A DNA stretch of 64,000 nucleotides from Eledone cirrhosa (Eukaryota): NCBI GenBank assembly GCA_964016885.1, contig OZ024740.1, forward strand, positions 306,962,001-307,026,000, written 5' to 3'. A model generated the notes under the pieces. It made no database searches, had not been told where the DNA came from, and saw only the letters and a list, made by a program, of their open reading frames with translations. This document shows, one piece after another, positions 60,970 through 64,000 of this stretch; positions within the stretch are counted from its first letter, which is position 1, and the number at the start of each line of letters is the position of its first letter. The position numbers and the translations under genes were made by a program.

Positions 60970-61246
60970 TGTAAAGTGGTTGTGTAGGCGCCACGGTAAA
61001 AAAAGCACCCAGTCCATACTGTAAAGTAGTCGTGTAGGCGCCACAATAAAAAAAGCAACCAGTACTCACTGTAAATGAGGTTGGTGTTAGGAAGGGTATC
61101 CAGCTGTAGAAATCAAGCCAGAATCAGTTCTGTATGAGTAAGACATGGTCACCTGACCTGGCATTGCCCACAACAGGACAACCTGTCTAACCCATGCTAG
61201 CGTGGAAGAATGGATGTAAAATGGTGGTGATGATGATGATGATGAT
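60970..61246 (+). mobile_element. RTE family 2-like 3' UTR
   Basis: Matches 28270-28512; GAT tail. Confidence 0.85.
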
Positions 61247-61878
61247 ATCTATCTATCTATCTATCTAGCATATAGCAGATGTGAACTTGATTCCTGCAGG
61301 CAACACTGTCTATTATTTTTTCCAACTCTATGGGTTTACATATACAATTTATTTGACTATTTTATAGTTAAACTTGTATTGTTGCAACTTACAATAAGCC
61401 AACACATTTTCAAAATTCAAATTTGCTCAGCAGTTCATAAAATGGTTGTCTATTTGTTTTCAATTATATACATAAGTGCAGTGAATATGTGTATATATGC
61501 ATGTAGTATATATGTATATGTGTAGTGTATTTGTATATGGTGTGCTGTGTATGTGTGGTGTGTGTTGTGTATGTGTGGTGTGGTGTGTGTGTGTGTATGT
61601 GTGGTGTGGTGTGTGTGTATTTGTGAGTGTGTGGATATAGGTATAGGTATGAAATGCACCTGGATGGATAGCTTGACAGATAAATTGTAAGAATGAACAT
61701 TACTACAATGGAAGATAGAGATCAATAAGCTAGATATTCAATGGATACATTCTCCACAATAAACCTATAATTCAAGTTAATGTGCAGCTTTAAAGAAATA
61801 CAAATTAGAAAAAGAGAGAAAGGAGAAGGAGGCTAGGGAGAGGTAAAGAGAAAAAAAAAGAGAAAAATAGATAGATAA

Positions 61879-61924
<46 letters not shown>

Positions 61925-62157
61925 ATAAAGCTATTTTACTTGTAATACTAAAGCTATGGAGTAAGATTAATGGGAAGATTTGCATCAAAGTTGTATATCA
62001 TATTCAAAGCTGAGAATCATATTCAGCAGCAGCAGCAGTTTTATGATCAACATCACTAATATTATCACATCCACCACCTCCACCACCATCGTAGTCATCA
62101 CCATTAGCATCATCCTCATCATCATCATCTTCCTCGAGATCATTATTATTATCACCA

Positions 62158-62345
62158 AAGGCGGTGGATTGGCAGTATCGGTAGAGGGTCGGACGCCATG
62201 CTTTGAAGCATAGAGTTACCTCCCTGTATGATCTGAGTTCAAATCCCGCCGAGGTTAACTTTGCCTTTCATCCTTACGGGGTCGATAAAATAAAGTACCA
62301 GTAATGCACTGGGTAATTGCTGGCCTTGTGCCTAAAGTAGAAACA
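62158..62345 (+). mobile_element. SINE-B with 16-bp TSD, inside a degenerate (CAT)n array (62040-62705)
   Basis: ATTATTATTATCACCA at 62142-62157 and 62346-62361. Confidence 0.9.
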
Positions 62346-62566
62346 ATTATTATTATCACCATCATCATCGCCATCATCATCGGTATTGTCATCATCTTCA
62401 TCATTATCATCATCATCATTTCCATCATCATCATCTTCATCTTCATCCTCATCATCTCCATCCTCATCATCTTCATCATTATCTTCATCACCATAATCAT
62501 CATCATCATCATCATCATTATTGATATCATCATCATCCCCATCATCATCATCATCGATATCACCAC

Positions 62567-62597
<31 letters not shown>

Positions 62598-62904
62598 TTT
62601 ATCATCATTAATATCATCACCATCCTCACCATCTTAATCATCATCACCATCACCACCACCATCATCATCACCACCATCGCCATCACCATCACCATCACTC
62701 TCACCATTCATTTATTCGTTCATTCCTATATTCCTTCAGTTTTACTGAGTTGACCACTTACTGTCTCTTCAGTAGTATCTTCTCTATACAGTTGTTGAAT
62801 TGCCTTCTGTCAGATTTAATTCACTGGAGTAGTGAGTATTTAACCAACATATAAGTGTTCTACATGGTCATATTTTATCCTAGATCCAATTAGCTATATA
62901 TATA

Positions 62905-63004
62905 CAGGATGTCCCCAAAAATGTATTCACAATTCAACAGCATTCTAATAAATAATTGCCTGTATAGATAATCAAAGTGTGTATACAGTTTTTGGGACAC
63001 CCTG
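62905..63004. mobile_element. Tc1/mariner-type MITE with TA target duplication
   Basis: TA|CAGGATGTCCCCAAAAATGTATTCACA...TGTGTATACAGTTTTTGGGACACCCTG|TA. Confidence 0.8.
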
Positions 63005-63182
63005 TATATATATAATTCGTATCCATACAACCAACTTTACCACATTTGGCCATATTTAACCCTGCCCTCTCTAATTTCTTGTAACAAATCTCTCTCCTTG
63101 CTTCTCTTTCTTCCAATTACTCTATTCTTTCTCTTGTTAAACAAGGTCATTGTCATCCTTAGCCAATGATTCCAAAGCATCG

Positions 63183-63475
63183 TAGGCACATGGCCTAGTG
63201 GTAAGAGTGTTGGACTTACGATCATAATGTTGTGGGTTCGATTCCTGGGCTGGGTTGTGTGTTGAGTTCTTGAGTAAAACACTTCATTTCATGCTGCTCC
63301 AGTATACTCATCTGAAAAAGTGTACCGGCAATAGTTGGGGGTTTAACCCTGCTATGGACTGGCGTCCTGTCCAGGGGTAAGTCATGTACTCTCAGTCACT
63401 TCATGCCATGAAACTGGGATAAGCACCGGCCTAACAAGCCTTAAAATGGTTTAAGACAGACTTTAGACTTAGAAT
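63183..63475 (+). mobile_element. third tRNA-derived CORE-like SINE with a different 3' tail
   Basis: TGGCCTAGTGG, GGTTCGATTCC, CTTGAGTAAAACACTT; tail AACCCTGCTATGGACTGGCGTCCTGTCCAGGGG...; ends in ACTTTAG repeats. Confidence 0.75.
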
Positions 63476-64000
63476 TACTCTAATAAATCCTAAAATTCAA
63501 CAAGGAAGCCTCTAGGTAGTTGCTTGATCAACTAAAATTAGCAGGCTGATCTCATTCAAAATGTACACTACCACTCAAAATGGATGTTACCACACAAAAT
63601 GTACACTACCACTCAAAATGGATGCTACCACACAAAATGTACACTACCATCTTAAACAGAGTCCCATATATAATGTAGTTCTACAAACACTGTACTTAGA
63701 AAAGAAATTGAATGGTCATGACATAAATCTAGCCCATCTATGATAAAAAAAAAAATCATAAATGTGCTGGATCAAGGCAGACCTGGTGTTAAATTTCTAT
63801 TGATCTTATTTTTCATCCTCCATCCAACTTAAAGCTAACAAGAACACATCTATGCAGTTCTTTTAACTTGCTACAAATAGCAGCCAAATATCCTGTCAAA
63901 ACTATCCTCCTATGGTCTTCATCCATCTGTGATCTGTCAGATTGCCTCATCACAGCATGTACTAATCGACTACTCTCACTGACTCACACTATCAACTTTG

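Noticed and set aside
62720-62780. CTGAAGA on the - strand as another hammerhead
   Set aside because: No properly placed GAAA and no stem I closure.
63183-63255. tRNA genes at SINE heads (also 2680-2748, 6861-6930)
   Set aside because: A/B boxes are present but run into SINE bodies without a complete cloverleaf.
63555-63650. 38-bp tandem repeat (also short duplications at 32724-32770 and 60270-60365)
   Set aside because: Ordinary local slippage duplications.

Overview
Repeat-dominated, AT-rich eukaryotic genomic DNA with a 200-N scaffold gap at 7561-7760. The mix of huge (TA)n arrays, RTE LINEs with (GAT)n tails and tRNA-derived SINEs suggests an octopod cephalopod (inference). I found no supportable host protein-coding gene, and almost all short ORFs in the track are microsatellite or antisense artefacts. 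Contents: one near-intact RTE-clade LINE (EN-RT-PHD ORF with a damaged YADD motif), one broken full-length copy and many 3' fragments of two RTE families; two abundant SINE families; R4/Dong-like, mariner, pogo/Tigger and CR1-like fossils; piggyBac-type and Tc1-type MITEs. The strongest hidden signal is a set of type I hammerhead ribozyme (HHR) motifs from at least five well-formed unrelated families plus several partial or decayed ones. Most sit in fold-back (inverted-repeat plus one-sided tail) Penelope-like insertions in (TA)n. Two sit in ~300-bp non-coding, highly structured, retrozyme-like units. All calls were read by eye; no alignments, folding or database searches were run.
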